A DNA stretch of 64,000 nt from Bigelowiella natans CCMP2755 (lineage: Eukaryota > Protista > Cercozoa). Shown piece by piece: positions 13,013 to 26,534 of this stretch. The first letter of the stretch is position 1. Each line of letters opens with the position of its first letter. The notes below the pieces were generated by a model. That model ran no database searches. It was not told the DNA's origin and saw nothing but the letters and a program-made list of their open reading frames with translations. The stretch is taken from positions 11,385-75,384 of the forward strand of contig ADNK01002135.1 of assembly GCA_000320545.1 (NCBI GenBank). The letters are read 5' to 3'. Position numbers and translations under genes: made by a program.

Positions 13013-14323
13013 ATGGCGGTCCTCTCTCTTGCTCTCTTGGTCGGGGCTGCAGCCGTGGTTGACTCGACTGCAATGTCTCGTGCCTCAACCAGCAGCCGTA
13101 ATGTGCGCACCAATCTCTTCGATGGATCCAGACGTATGGGAGCTATGAACAAAGTCAACTCCCGTACAACCTCCATGCCGGCTGCAGCAACCGCTCTTGG
13201 TATCGAGAAGACTCGGAGAGCATCCTTGACTTCAACCGCAAGGAAAACCCTCACCTCCCTCACCGATAATCCCATCCAAAAAACCGGACGCGCCATCAAG
13301 ACCGCAGTGAAAGGTGGTCTCAATGCTGCGGGAAGGTCGGCTGGGGCGCGTTACACCTCAGCAGACTGGTTCCGCAACATCAAATCTCTGTCTAGATCGG
13401 ATATTCTTCGCCGTATCTCGGGTCACCTTTTCTTCAATATTTTTATAGCAATAGTCGGTGCAGCATGGCACGCATACTACCCTGAAACCTTCCTTAACTT
13501 GGGAACAACTGGACACTCGCTCTCGGGCGCAGCGCTATCGCTGTTGCTCGTATTCCGCACTAACTCGGCATACGACCGTTTCTGGGAAGCTCGTAAGATT
13601 CTGGGTTCAGTAGTAGATAACTCTCGTGGCCTCTCACGCATCGCGCCTACCGCCCTACCACCACAGCAAGCACATGAATTCGGCCGCATGATCATCGCGT
13701 TCCCCTATATGCTGCGCTTGCACCTTACAGGCCGTGGGCAAATTCCAATCAAGGATACCACTGACGCGCCTGATGTGTTGCCATACATCGATGGCAAGAA
13801 GGTCGAAACAATCGAATCGTACTTCTCCAAGCCATTTGCCACGTTGTCTCTGATGAACCAGATCCTGCATTCCAAGAATGCTCAATATCCAGATGAGGAC
13901 CCTGAGAAGACTCTGGTAATGCTGCCGCAGCGCCAGATTCTCCAGCGCAACGTTAACTTGCTTGCAGCGAATACTGGTGCTTGTGAGCGAATTCTTGGAT
14001 GTCCCGTACCACTATCTTACTCCCGTCATCTCTCCCGTTACCTCACAATCTGGAGCGCAACCTTACCGTTTGTCCTTGCGCCACTACTAGGATGGACCTC
14101 TGTTCCGGTAATTGCAGCTATTTGTTGGTCGCTGTTCTCCATTGAGGAGGTGGGGCACATGATCGAAGAGCCTTTCGCTGCTCTACCATACGACCAGGTG
14201 CAGACCAAGCGTGTGGCTGACGTCATTAAGCGCGATACCCTCGCCATGTACAAGCAGCAGCTAGGCATTGATCTTGCTGACGAAGTAGCCACCACAAAGC
14301 AAGCGGAGCTTGCTTCAGCTTGA
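13013..14323 (+). CDS. Bestrophin-like anion channel (YneE/VCCN/BST type) with bipartite plastid-targeting leader; intronless
   Basis: Signature motifs LSLLLVFRTNSAYDRFWEARK, CERILGCPVPLSYSRH and IEEVGHMIEEPF. The N-terminus is a hydrophobic signal peptide (MAVLSLALLVGAAAV) followed by a long S/T/R/A-rich transit-like segment. Confidence 0.93.
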   Translation: MAVLSLALLVGAAAVVDSTAMSRASTSSRNVRTNLFDGSRRMGAMNKVNSRTTSMPAAATALGIEKTRRASLTSTARKTLTSLTDNPIQKTGRAIKTAVKGGLNAAGRSAGARYTSADWFRNIKSLSRSDILRRISGHLFFNIFIAIVGAAWHAYYPETFLNLGTTGHSLSGAALSLLLVFRTNSAYDRFWEARKILGSVVDNSRGLSRIAPTALPPQQAHEFGRMIIAFPYMLRLHLTGRGQIPIKDTTDAPDVLPYIDGKKVETIESYFSKPFATLSLMNQILHSKNAQYPDEDPEKTLVMLPQRQILQRNVNLLAANTGACERILGCPVPLSYSRHLSRYLTIWSATLPFVLAPLLGWTSVPVIAAICWSLFSIEEVGHMIEEPFAALPYDQVQTKRVADVIKRDTLAMYKQQLGIDLADEVATTKQAELASA

Positions 14324-14529
14324 GGCAGTATTGGATGTATGGGTGTCATTGTGTCATGATGGAAAGAAGACATCCACCATTGTTTACATGTCACAGCGAA
14401 TGGATGCTATGGATTTCATTTCCGTGAGATATTTTCAGTTAGGAAATTTCCATGTCGTTAAGCTTTTCAACGCTCGTTCGTGCACAACTAGACAATGCCA
14501 TGTTCGTTTTCTCATTCATGTCGATACTT

Positions 14530-15330
14530 CAAAGCCGGCAAGGCATGCACGTCAGCCACACTGCAAGCACTAGCTAGCTAGCTAGAGCACACTGATCGAT
14601 GCAATGCTAGCAATGGTGTTGACTAGTTGAGTTCATCCATGCTAGCATGCTAGCATGCAGTCCTGCGCGCCTGCGATGGTGCTCTAGTGCTTTCTCCGTT
14701 CTCAACAAATGCTAGAAATGACCTGATCTGCAATGCTAGTCTAGCTAGCAGTGCTAGCAGTGGCCATTCTAGCATGTTGCTTGCACGTTGTTGGCAAGCT
14801 CCAGAGCTAACAGCAAGGTTGGCTAGCTGGTGGAGGCCAAGCCAGTGCTGCTAGACTGCTAGACTGGAGCAAGCTGGCAAGAGTGCTAGAGTGTGTCAGT
14901 GCTGGTGCAACACAACCGCAAACCCGAAAGTTTGCTTGGACGGACTAGCTTGTCAAGCTAGCCATGGCCAGCGAATTGCCCGATCAAGTGAACGATGGTG
15001 ATGATTGGGAATGTCTTCAGTGCACTGTGGTTGATCACTTTTGTTGGTTTGGTTCATCCAGGCAAACTTCACTGGTTTGGCACGCCAGCACGCACGGCAC
15101 GAACACTGCCCGCAAGCTGTCAAGCGACAAAAGTTCATGCCTGGTGCGTTGATGCGTTCGATCAAGGTCTGCTGTCGGGTGATCTAGTGATGTGATCTGG
15201 CAATCCAGCAATGGCAATCGAACCCTCTAGCTAGCTAGCTAGCTAACCCTCACTTTCCTACGTGCTAGCGTGTGCGCGTGCAACAAACATCAATCCTTGT
15301 CACCTGGCTAGCTGGTCAACGCACAAGCAC
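14530..15330. other. TpA-depleted, CTAG-rich intergenic patch (apparent hypermutated DNA)
   Basis: By manual count, about 26 of 27 TpA dinucleotides in 14530-15242 lie in CTAG (the other is CTAA). CATG and TGCA are abundant and CpG is retained. Confidence 0.85.
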
Positions 15331-15379
15331 TTGATCAATCTGAACGTCGTTCAGGCGCTTTGTGCCAAATCTCAGAGAA

Positions 15380-15669
15380 ATGGCTTTCTGTCAGCTTCGT
15401 GATAAGAAACAAACCGATGATTTGACTGAACCTTTCTCTTTTTGCACATCCCAGATCTTTTAGTATGAGCAAAACTGAGGCCAATATTTTACTTAAGGAA
15501 ACATTTTTTAGATATTATACGCATGAATTATTGTCTAAGGTTACCTTCAGATTCCTTATTCTAATTTGTGGGCTGGACTTTGCTCAACGAAGATGGGGTC
15601 ATGAGCACTGAAGCTTCTATGCATTTTGAACTCTCCTTTGATACACGAGAGAGCGAGAGCGAGAGCGAG

Positions 15670-15728
<59 letters not shown>

Positions 15729-17272
15729 TTGAAATGTGCACATGAAGATACATCATCGTCAAGAATCTTTTTCTATTTCAGAGTAACCCTGGCTACCATC
15801 GCAAACAACTAAGCTAGAGTGGTGTCGACGGCTTCAACATCAGTTTTTGCCTTTGTTATCATACCTGGAGAAGCCATGCCATCCAACATCTTCGGTTATC
15901 CTGAATCGTACCTCAAGGTGGGTGGGACGAGAGCAAAAGAACGAAGAGAAGACGCAGAAGATTTTCACATGTTCCAGTGGATTCGCTCAAAATTTGTTAA
16001 TGCTTCCTAGAAGACCTCGCTGTAAATTCTTCCCATTCGCTTTATCCCTCCTCCTCCTCCTCCTCCTCCTCCTCCTCCTCCTCCTCCTCCTCCTCCTCCC
16101 ACATCTCCCTCTCAGAGCTTACGGTATCTTGCCCATGACTTTAAGCACTCGCTGCAAAAGATTGGCAAGCGTGATCGACTCTGCCAAGGTGATAGCGAAC
16201 AAAATGAATGGCGACATGGAATTCGGAGTAGAATAGGGTTTTCTCTGTTTGCACACAGTCATGAGACAAACAACCCTCTATCATCAAACCAGACTACTTG
16301 TTTACTGTTATCATCATCAGAGTTGGAGGCTGACCTCGAGGTAGATCGTGGAGCATACCTCAAGCATCTGGAACGTCAAGTCAGGGTACGTCACACACAT
16401 GCAACGACAGAATGTGTTAACTAATATAGTGAGTGTGTGTGTGTGTGTGTGTGTGTATGTGCCGGGGGCGTGTTTTATTGATGATAATAACATCGGCCAT
16501 ACAGCTCGCAGGCCCCCGCAGAAAGCGGCCACGGCGGTCAGTGGCCATTATTGACGGCGAGGAGGACGGAAGAGATACGGCAGCAGAAAGCTCACAACAA
16601 CAACAACAACAACAACGAGGAAGGGGGAAGGGAGGTGCAATATCCTCAAATTACGAGACAGCAGGCACATCATCATCATCAGCATCATCATTATCATCAT
16701 CACGTGCAGGAGAAGCAGCAAGAGTGTCGGCGATCTCAAACAACAAGCAAGGTAGTTAGTTCCCCTTTTGTATGACAAGAAGTGTAGGTATATGAAGTGT
16801 GCGTGTGTGTGTGTGTTTGTGTTTGCGTGGTTCGTGAGTTTGAGTGATACTTTTACGATAATGCATGAGAGATGACCAACGCTATGAGTCCTCCATAATC
16901 ATAGCACAATACGTCACAGGAACTCCGTCAGATGGGATGACGTCAACGACGAGTGATGCCAGTCATCATGCTTCTTTTGCAGCGACAGCGACTTCGTCAT
17001 TATTAGGCAGCAGCAGCAATGCAGGGGGGGGACATCATCCCTACTACCACTTCCACCCCCCCCCCGTTAAATTTGCATCTGTTGATGTGCCCGGGGTGCC
17101 GCCGACAATTTACGAAATAGAGGTCGGTGGAATAGCGACAAGAACACATTGTCTATGAACCATTGTTGCTGCTGCTGCCTTGATGCTTAACATCATTATT
17201 CTTGCGGTTCTCCAAAATGACCGAGCTATAGCACTATTGACAATCTCAGGAGCCCTCACCATATTATACAGG

Positions 17273-17306
<34 letters not shown>

Positions 17307-18149
17307 GTATATAAATGTATATAATATTTAATATTACTAATTCCGCTACTACTACTACTACTACTACTACTGCTGCTGCTACTGCTGATGGTGCCTAACA
17401 GAGACTTGGACAGTTTCAACGACGACTGAGAGAGCGTAACGTTGCTGCAGCCCAAGAAATGATCGATATGGTCAGCAAGCGAGAGGGCATCGTATTTCCG
17501 ATAGATAGTCAATGCAGTGATGTTTCTAAGATACGTCGTGCCTTTGGCGTTTGCTGCTGTGTTATTCTTACAAACGTGGACTATGCAAAACTATCTTCTT
17601 AATTAAACACAGAGAAAGGGAGGCAACTTCGTCAACAACATCCTCGCCGATATATTTCCTAGTCTCTTAACCTGTTCCTATTTGTCCTCCTCCTCCTCCT
17701 CCTCCTCCTCCTTCTCCTCCTTCTCCTTCTTAGATCGACCGCTCAGTGCTGAATCTTGATCTTACTGTGAAGGTAGTAGTGTTTTTTCCCTCTTCCCCCC
17801 CCCTCCCCCATCCTCTTTCCGAATGCATCCAACGCACAAAGAATAATTGATTTCGCTGGTATGCTACCGAATTGTTCATCAACGTCTGGAGAGAGATATC
17901 CTCCAGCTCATCATCACTTTACACATCGTCATCATCAGCAACATCATAGACTCAATAATCTTCCTCAGGCCTTTGAATTAGAGCTTCGGAGGGACAATCC
18001 CACCGTAATGAACGACGAAGAGTTCTTGATATATAAATTCAATTTTATGATGTTTCAGCTCTACACACCACCACCAATATGTGTTTCCCTGCCCCGTGCC
18101 AATCGTGAGAACACGCGTCGCAGGCATGAGACAAATCATGTTTTATTCT

Positions 18150-18213
<64 letters not shown>

Positions 18214-18325
18214 CCATTCTTGAAAGGTCACGAGTGAACCAGCAAACATGCGCGAATTTCCACTGATTGACGTTCCTGGTGAAGTAAAGGACCTGATCAA
18301 GGTCGTGTAGATAGAAACGATGAAG

Positions 18326-18361
<36 letters not shown>

Positions 18362-18769
18362 TTATATACAGTGACAATGATGAATATATAGTCAAGCAAT
18401 GCAGAAATACCCCTTCACACATCATTAGTTGGCATACACGCGGTCGCCGAGGTGGTGCCAGGCACAAAGGAATATCGAAGGCTTCATCGGTAATAATATC
18501 CGTAACATGCAGCCTCTTCTTATACTCGTTTTCTAGAATAGGGTAGAGGGGGGGGGGGGGGGATGAAGTATTTTGTAAAGTTTCGGGTTTCATGCAGTAG
18601 TCTGAGACTCTTCTTTACATTGTTGTTAATGTTGTTGTTGTTCTTCTTCTTCTTCTTCTTCTTCTTCTTCTTCTTCTTGTTATTGTTGTTGTTTATGTAT
18701 CCTTGACGACGCAGCGGGCGGGAGGAGGAGGAGGAGGGGAAAGGCAAGGGACTGGGCAACAAAGTATAC

Positions 18770-18817
<48 letters not shown>

Positions 18818-18954
18818 GTGTTTCGTGTTGTGTACTTTTATAACACGTAATAGGGAGATTCATTCATTTATTAATCATCATATTATTGTCTCATCATGAT
18901 TATTACTATTACATTCAAGATGTGCCCTTGAGGTATATTTAAATAAATAAATAA

Positions 18955-18987
<33 letters not shown>

Positions 18988-19800
18988 TATACGTTTGTGT
19001 GTGCGCGCGCGCGTGTGTGTATGTGTGTGCGTCTGTGTGTATGTGCATAAATATTGATGGCGCTCAGGTTGGTGCAACACATGAAGACGGCGATGATGCA
19101 ATTTACGACGACGAGGAGAAGGAGGACCAGAACACCAAGAAAAAGGAAGGGCAAGATCTATACTGCTACTGCAGAAATGTACCTTACACGCTCTCCCTAG
19201 TCGTAGATGTGCATCAAATCATCAGTGTAGTATTAGTATTTTTCTTTATGTGCGATTGGCTATTCTTATCCCGTTATTATCTGTGCTTTTAAAATATACA
19301 TCATCACCTTTTCTCCTGATCATGAGTGTATTTTATTGCTGGTGTTGTCGTCGTCGTCGTCGTGGAAAATCAAGGTTTATCACGGACGTATGGTGGGCTG
19401 CGACAACGATAAGTAATGCCCCCACCCGCTGTGCATTCAACCTCCAATGTTTTCATGTTATTATTCGGTCATTGGTCTTCGTCTTCCTCATAGCTACTGT
19501 TACATCTATATCTATCCACATTCCTCGATATTTCTACTTCGGTATTGAAGGTAGGATAGCCATGTTTCTATTGCTCTTATCATTCATATATGCTATTCAT
19601 ATGCTATTATAAATGGCCCTAAATCACTACCTCGAAACGTTACTCTCAGCTGCAAGCTGGAATGGTTTCACTACGAGTGTGTTGGTCTTAAGGAAGATCC
19701 CAAGTAAGTAAGGATGTGCGTGCGTGCGTATTTATGTATGTATGCATGTGTGTGTGTGTGTGTGTGTGTGTGAATAATGGCAGATGAACTTAGATCTTAG
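15380..19800 (+). CDS. Hypothetical multi-exon protein with C-terminal hydrophobic (membrane) segments; boundaries approximate
   Basis: Short GT/GC-AG bounded exons between microsatellite introns: LEWCRRLQHQFLPLLSYLEKP, SLRYLAHDFKHSLQKI, ELEADLEVDRGAYLKHLERQVR, AFELELRRDNP, FITDVWWAATTI, VIIRSLVFVFLIATVTSISIHIPRYFYFGIE. No family recognised. Confidence 0.4.
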
Positions 19801-20038
19801 TGCGATAGCACCAATGCCACAAAAAAGGAATGATTTTGTCCTTTATTGGGGAAAGCAAGAATTGTCGTCGTTGTTGAACATTAGAGTTTAAAACTCGTTT
19901 ATTAGAGTTAATAATATTATGAATTTGAACAAAAAAGGGGGAAATGGTATTGCCCAGACTGCAGGCTAAATCCGTCAACGCACAACAAAAAAAGTCTGAG
20001 CGCCTGATGCCAAGACAAAGACTAAAAGAACCACGAGA

Positions 20039-20084
<46 letters not shown>

Positions 20085-20199
20085 GCTCTCTCTCTTGAGG
20101 AATTCGTGAAGTCGCAATGTAAAGTCAATCACGTCACACATTTGGGTGATGCGTTAGCCATTTCGTGGCAACAACATGAATCATGTCACATCTGTTACA

Positions 20200-20615
20200 A
20201 GCACACGCAAAGCAGGCTAGCAGGCTGCAGGTGGCCGCGCAAACATGGACACATGCATGCATCATGCAGTTGTGTTGCATTCGACGTGCAGCTGCCTGCA
20301 GATGTGGCTTGTGCATGCATCCCCCTGCTAGCCTAGCCCCCACCTAGCCACACACGCTAGCTAGCTAGCATGCAATGACACACCTTGACCATTCATCACA
20401 GTGTGCATTGTGCGCATGTCCATTGTCTTGTGATTGTCGTGCAGCAGCAGCAGTGCATGCTCGTCACACGCGCGCAATGACTAGATGACGCTGTCGCAAC
20501 ATCCGATTGTTCTAGCGATCATGCATGCATCATGCAAGATTTCCATTGGCAAACTTCCTCTAGTGCACACAACAATTTCCAACAAATGACGAATTTTGTC
20601 ATGATTCAGTCTTTT
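20200..20615. other. TpA-depleted, CTAG-only intergenic patch
   Basis: All TpA seen in this interval are in CTAG. CATG, TGCA and CACA are abundant. Confidence 0.8.
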
Positions 20616-20699
20616 TTGTTACGAAGTTTCTAGGATGTGTTCTTCATCATTCTATCCAAAGGCGTTTCTTCTGTGCGACATGAAACAAATGCTGTCTCA

Positions 20700-21454
20700 G
20701 GACAAAAACAGCTCTGCTCGTAGGCAGAAAATACTTGGAAGCCGGCATCGAGTCGGATCGTTCGTAAAACATGCATGCCAGACCCTCTAAACGAGCGTGG
20801 GGGAGTCTTTGAGAACTAGACGGACATCATCCGACCGTCACCAGTCGTCTTGCTTTGTCTGTTGTCTGGGGCCACCATTTTGGCCTGGCGATGGGATGAG
20901 CCTAGCTTCCGCAGTCCTTCCGGTAGGGTATTTTGCTGTGTAATGTAGACGATCGTTAATGGCAACTTCTGCTGCATCTTCTTTCAATAAAGGCCTTGGT
21001 GTTATCCTTTCTCTACACTTACCAACCGCATGATACCGGAAGTCGCAGAGACCGCCCGGGAAGGCTCGCAACACGCTTTCAAGGAAATGCTTACAGAGTA
21101 AAGCGGCGGCAGCAACCAGGAGCTCCTTATTATCGGCAAAGGATCAATAGGCACGAGCGATTCGGAGCAGAGGACGTAAAAAAGGGGGGGGAAGACAAGA
21201 AACAACAAGGAGAAGATGATGAAGAAGAAGAAGAAGAAGAAGAAGAAGGAGAAGCGGAGATTCCGGTGCAAGTAGAAGCAACCCAAAATATCGACGACTA
21301 TGACCCTACTGACGACGCTTACGATGCTCTGGAAGTAGTGGAAGTAAGATCAAACGTGCATAGGGAACATGCGTTTATCCTTAAAACATATGTACATATG
21401 TATGTGTGTGTGTTTCTGTGTGTGTGTTTCTGTGTGTGTGTTTCTGTGTGTGTG

Positions 21455-21494
<40 letters not shown>

Positions 21495-24178
21495 ACAGGG
21501 TTGGCGGGGCTACTTCTATTATTAACGTATAAACCAAGCGACAACAATGATTTAGAGGGGGTTGAAGATGTTGGACCGACAACACAAATGATCATCTGAT
21601 AATCTCTCTCAGGATGAAGAAGAGCGTGAAGAGACGAAAAAACCACTTCCAATGTTGCGTTTTTCTTCTCCCACCACGATGCCAACCAACCACCCAACTC
21701 CTGCGTTGAATAAGGGAGATTTCGTCATGTACAAAGGGTATGCTCCCCCTCCTCTCATCGTCTTTTCTCGCCTAATTGAACACTTTTGTGTAAAATTTTC
21801 ATATTATTTCAAATGCACGGTAGGACGCTGGGAGTTATTTCTGTCGTGGATTGGCAGTAATATACTATTCAATTGAATATGCCGTTGATGATAATTATGT
21901 GTATTTTCTTTACACCTTGAAAGAGAACTAATGAATTGTTGATTCTGATTCTACGAAACACGCTCATCAAAACCGTGTTGCAGGGCCTTAAAACTTATCG
22001 ATGTCGTCCCCAAACCATCACTTTCGTTGAAATATATTAGTACTCTGCCATCATGTCTAAAACTGCATTTTCCTTAAATTAACATACATGAATGTATCTC
22101 CCCTCCTCCCCCCCCTTTCCCCATCCATCCTTCTCATCCTTCCCATCCATGAAAGCGGTCAATCGTACGGCATCACGTTTCCTGAGGATCCAGAGCGAGG
22201 GGCAAACACTCCCTGGGAATCTCGCCACATCTCAACCATAACTGACGTTGATGTTCTGGAAAAACTAGCCAAGAAGTATCGTCGGCATGACGCAAATCGC
22301 GAAGCCGACAAGAACAACAATATAGCCGCCCTGCGTGCCAGGCGCCGCAATTTCTCCCCCAGTCTGACCCCCCCTCCTTCACGCAAGGGAAGGAGGGGCC
22401 CACAGACGCCGCCCAAGTTTGGCGACCGTGACCATAGCGGCGAGCAACGACACGACGACACAGAAGAGTACAATGATGTGAGGAATAGCAAGCGTGGAAA
22501 TGAGGGCAATAAACTGTGGCGGCGTCGAGGTGGTGGTGGTGGTGGTGGTGGTACGGCTTTGAAGTGCGATTCTACCAGAAAAGGGAGGGACGATGGGAGA
22601 ATATGCTCAGATAACAATAGCAGAGCAAAGCAGCAACGAGGTGTTGTTGTTGTTGATGATGATGATGATAATGATAATGGGAGGCGGCAAATGCGCGACT
22701 ACACAGGTGCTGGCGCCTTCACTTTTCGGAGAAATCGGCATCGCAACAAGCCCCACCCCAGCAACAGAAGACGACGACGAATAACGGGCCTAGAAGGAGG
22801 GGGCGGGTTAGGAATGGGGAAGAAGGGGACTTCTTCAAATGGATACGGGAACCATAAACGTGACGCAACGACAACAACGAGTCTTATTAAGAAACATAGA
22901 AAGCAGAGAAGACGACAAGAAACGTCAAGACCTCCTGCTCCTGCTTCTGCTGATGCTGCTGCTACACGAGAGAAAGGAGGAGGACAAGGTGGAAAGAAGG
23001 GAGGGAAAGGCAGAATGACGACGACGACGACGACGACAACGACGACGACGGCTAAAGTCGGTTCTGTACTGTCCAAGAAGGTGGGAGGAGGTGCTGATGT
23101 TCCTAACGGTGCAGCTTCCATCCTGTTTCAGCGCCTCAACAACAACAATCCCTTCAAAGTATCAAAACAGCAAAAAAAGAAGAAAAGAAAGGGGGGGGGG
23201 TGGACGCGGGACGAGGGGCAGGGAGGGGAGGAGGAAGTGAAGGCTGAAGGTACGATACGGCAGAAGGGCAAAGGTACACAAAGAGGCAACCAACTAAGAA
23301 AGGAGGAGGAGGAGGAGGAGGAGGAGGAGGAGGGGGACGAAGAAGAAGAACAGCGATACATGCTAAGCAGTGAGGAGGAGGAAGAGGAAAGGGGCAACAC
23401 CAGCACTGACAATGAAGAAAATATGGAGGCTGACGCCTACCGACAAAGAAAAGGAGTTGAGGGGGGGGAAGGTGGATGCTTGCTACGATGCGTGTCTTCA
23501 TCTGCGCTATCGCTCACGGTGGGCGGGGCGTTTGTAGAGCCTGGTAGCAGCTTTGTCGTTCCTCATCAGAGTACAACGACAGGCTTGGAGCTGAAACCAC
23601 AACAACAACAACAACAACAAGTGGAGGAAGAGAAGGGAGGGGGAGCCGAAGGAGGGAGAAGACAGAGAACAGAGACAACAAGAAGAGGGGTATTAAATAG
23701 GAGCAGTTGGTGGAGGATTAGCAGGGCTGATCTTCTCGTATTTCCTGGAGAAGTTAGAGAAGGGGGAGGGAGGGGAGGGGGGGGGGGGTACAAGAACCAA
23801 GGGGGGAAAAAAGAAGTTGGGGAAAGAGAAGAGGAAAACAAAAAGAAAGAAAATGGCGGGTCGGAGGATATGTCTTGGACCTCTTTTCTCTGTGATCCCC
23901 TCCGCATCATTAAGAAAGACTCACGTGAGGGCAAAGCGATTGGGACATTGTTGGAAGAAGTCAAGAAATCATCTGGCATTGATATCCGTATTCTCAACCA
24001 AAGGCATCCATTGAGCCCTGGAGCTGCCTTGCTTCGTGTATGGTCTATACAACCGACCTCAGCGATCATTATATTGGACAGATCCATTGTGAGCAAATCC
24101 CTGACCCCCCCCCCCCCCCCCGTTCTTACTATCAAAATATACATATCCATTAAATTATAATATTCATATAAATATATA

Positions 24179-24220
<42 letters not shown>

Positions 24221-24379
24221 GAGAGCGAGAGTGCGAGAGAGAGTTAATGTCGTCGTCATGTATCCGCAATCAGGGCGAAGGCAGCTGCCTTCACTTCAAT
24301 TTGGGAACCGAAGCTCTTTCCACCGTCCCTTTGCGGTTCTGGGAGCGTCTCTCTGCGGTTTATGGTGATAAGAGGTAGC

Positions 24380-24415
<36 letters not shown>

Positions 24416-25437
24416 CGCCATCATCATCATCATCATCATTATCATCGTCATTATCATCATTATCACACCATCTTCATCCTCAAAGGAAGCTTTTAGCAAC
24501 TCTCATCATGGCCACTTACCTCTCACTGCTGTGCTTAACTCAACCCCTCGCTACTGCGCCATCCCTTCCCCCTCTGCGACACACCACAATAATCATAAGA
24601 TACAACGCTGTGACAAGTCCTGGAGCGGTGCTGGAAGGCTTGCTATCCTGCCTTCTTACTGCGCTTCAAAAAGGCAGATTTCGGACGATACGACAACCAC
24701 CGTTAAAGATGTCGGAGAGTCCTTTGGCAGCAGCAGCGAAGTATAGCGAGGAGCAAGGGAAGCTCCACCATCGCCTTGACCCCCCCCCCACCCCTTTCAC
24801 GTTCGGATTCGACCGTCGCTCCCAGGAAAGGGGGGAGAGTGGGAAGCCCTCCGGAGAGAAACAGCGCGTGAGGGAGAAAACCAAACCGGCGAGGGAAAAT
24901 GAAGGGGGGGAGGGCGAGGAGGAGTGTGGTATCGACGAGAATGCATCCGTTGCATCATCACCATCAGCAGCAGATTTAAAAGGAGCTAAAAGTGGCTGCT
25001 ATTCACCAGAATCGATGGAAGCAGAGGATGGCAAAGGAGGGGGGGGTGGAGCAGGGGAGGCGGAATGGACGGATGGAGAACAGGTTTGCTAATGCTACTG
25101 AATCATCTTCACCGTCTGGCTCTTTCCTTTTCGATCATCAAACTTGATTAACTGCATATCACATAAAAAAGTATTTATGTCTCAATTCCTTCCTTCTCCT
25201 CCGCTCCCCTTTTATTTCATCAGGCAGACGAGTTTGTAGGCGCGAACACAGAGTCACAGGCACGGAGAGCTTCACATCCCACGAAAAATAATACATATTG
25301 ATTAGAGGGAGAGAAAGGGGGGGGGGGGAGAGAAAAAGATGAAAGCGATACCTCTATACGGATGCATGTGTGTGTGTGAGAACGTTCAAGCCATAAGGTT
25401 GTTGTTTCTCTCGTCCTCGCTTTGGCAATTATATTGA

Positions 25438-25472
<35 letters not shown>

Positions 25473-26483
25473 TGTGTGTGCGAGTGTATTACATTTTTAA
25501 AAGTATGTATTTTGTGCGATCCCCTCTTCCCTCCTTCCTCGCTCAAAAGGACAAAGAAGAAGAGGAAAGCAGGGAATGGGCAATGTTCGGCGTGGAGGAG
25601 TTGAAGAACAGAATGATGATGACGTTAACACCGCACCAGGACAGATACCAAGGGTGTGCAACTAACGATATGAATTTATGTGTTTAATACGTATATTTGT
25701 ATGAAGACAACGTACGCAGTACTTTCCAAGCACTCGCCCTCCCCCCCTCCCCCCCTCCCCCCCTCCCCCCCGTCTTTGGCGTTTCCGAGTATTGACTATA
25801 GATCTCGAAGGCAAAATCGTGATCTAAATATTAACTCACGTTGGCAGCACGACACCGCAGAGCTCAATCGGAAACATTTCCTATCTGTTTTGCTCAGGCT
25901 CAACGTGCGGAGAGAACCCTGGGCAAACAGCTCGCTGGCAGGGATCCGCATACTACGGGTTGATATGCCGATTTGCGTCGATAAAGTGAGGAAGGCACCT
26001 TCCGGGCAATGCTACTACCGGATTGAAGGTCGTTGAATGTGCACTGTGTTGTGGTCGCTATCTACGATAGATTCATGTGTCATTTGTGGCTTTCTGTCAT
26101 CCCTCATCATCATCACCATCACCATGTATTTCATCATTAGAGGGGGCTCCAAAGGGTGCAAAGGGGTGGGTAGTGGGACAAGTTCCCGACGATGTCTCCC
26201 AGCAGCTGCTTGTTCCCTACCTCCCCCCCTCTTCTCCTCTCACCACTACCAATGCTACAACTACCACAAACAACAAGATGAGTGCTCGCGTGGAGATCCT
26301 CCCTCCCCCCTCCGAGGAGCTGCGTGGCCCGAGACCCGAGGCACCAGTGATTAGTATTAAGGGGGGGGTGCCGCTCACCAGAGCTGCACGACGTTGGATG
26401 GGTATTGCCGCAAGAGAACTCAGGAGCGTTGTTGCGACGTCGTTTGCAAATATTAAGGTGTTTATCTCAAAATATCGTTTTGA

Positions 26484-26534
<51 letters not shown>

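Noticed and set aside
12775-13323. 182-aa minus-strand ORF overlapping the bestrophin 5' end
   Set aside because: Antisense shadow of a codon-biased gene with no recognisable motifs.
15221-15250. AACCCT telomere-like hexamers around (CTAG)n
   Set aside because: Only isolated units, not a tandem telomeric array.
14530-15330. CpG methylation decay or fungal-type RIP as the cause of TG/CA richness
   Set aside because: CpG is still common in the patches (cgcgc, gatcgat) and CpG decay does not remove TpA. RIP would increase TpA, not eliminate it.
16433-19300. Many short ORFs with CVCVCV, HTHTHT, SLSLSL or YIYIYI runs
   Set aside because: These are translations of intronic microsatellites, not proteins.
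21405-21491. Regularly spaced GTGTGTGTGTTTCT units resembling a repeat-spacer array
   Set aside because: An interrupted (GT)n microsatellite in an intron with no unique spacers; not CRISPR.
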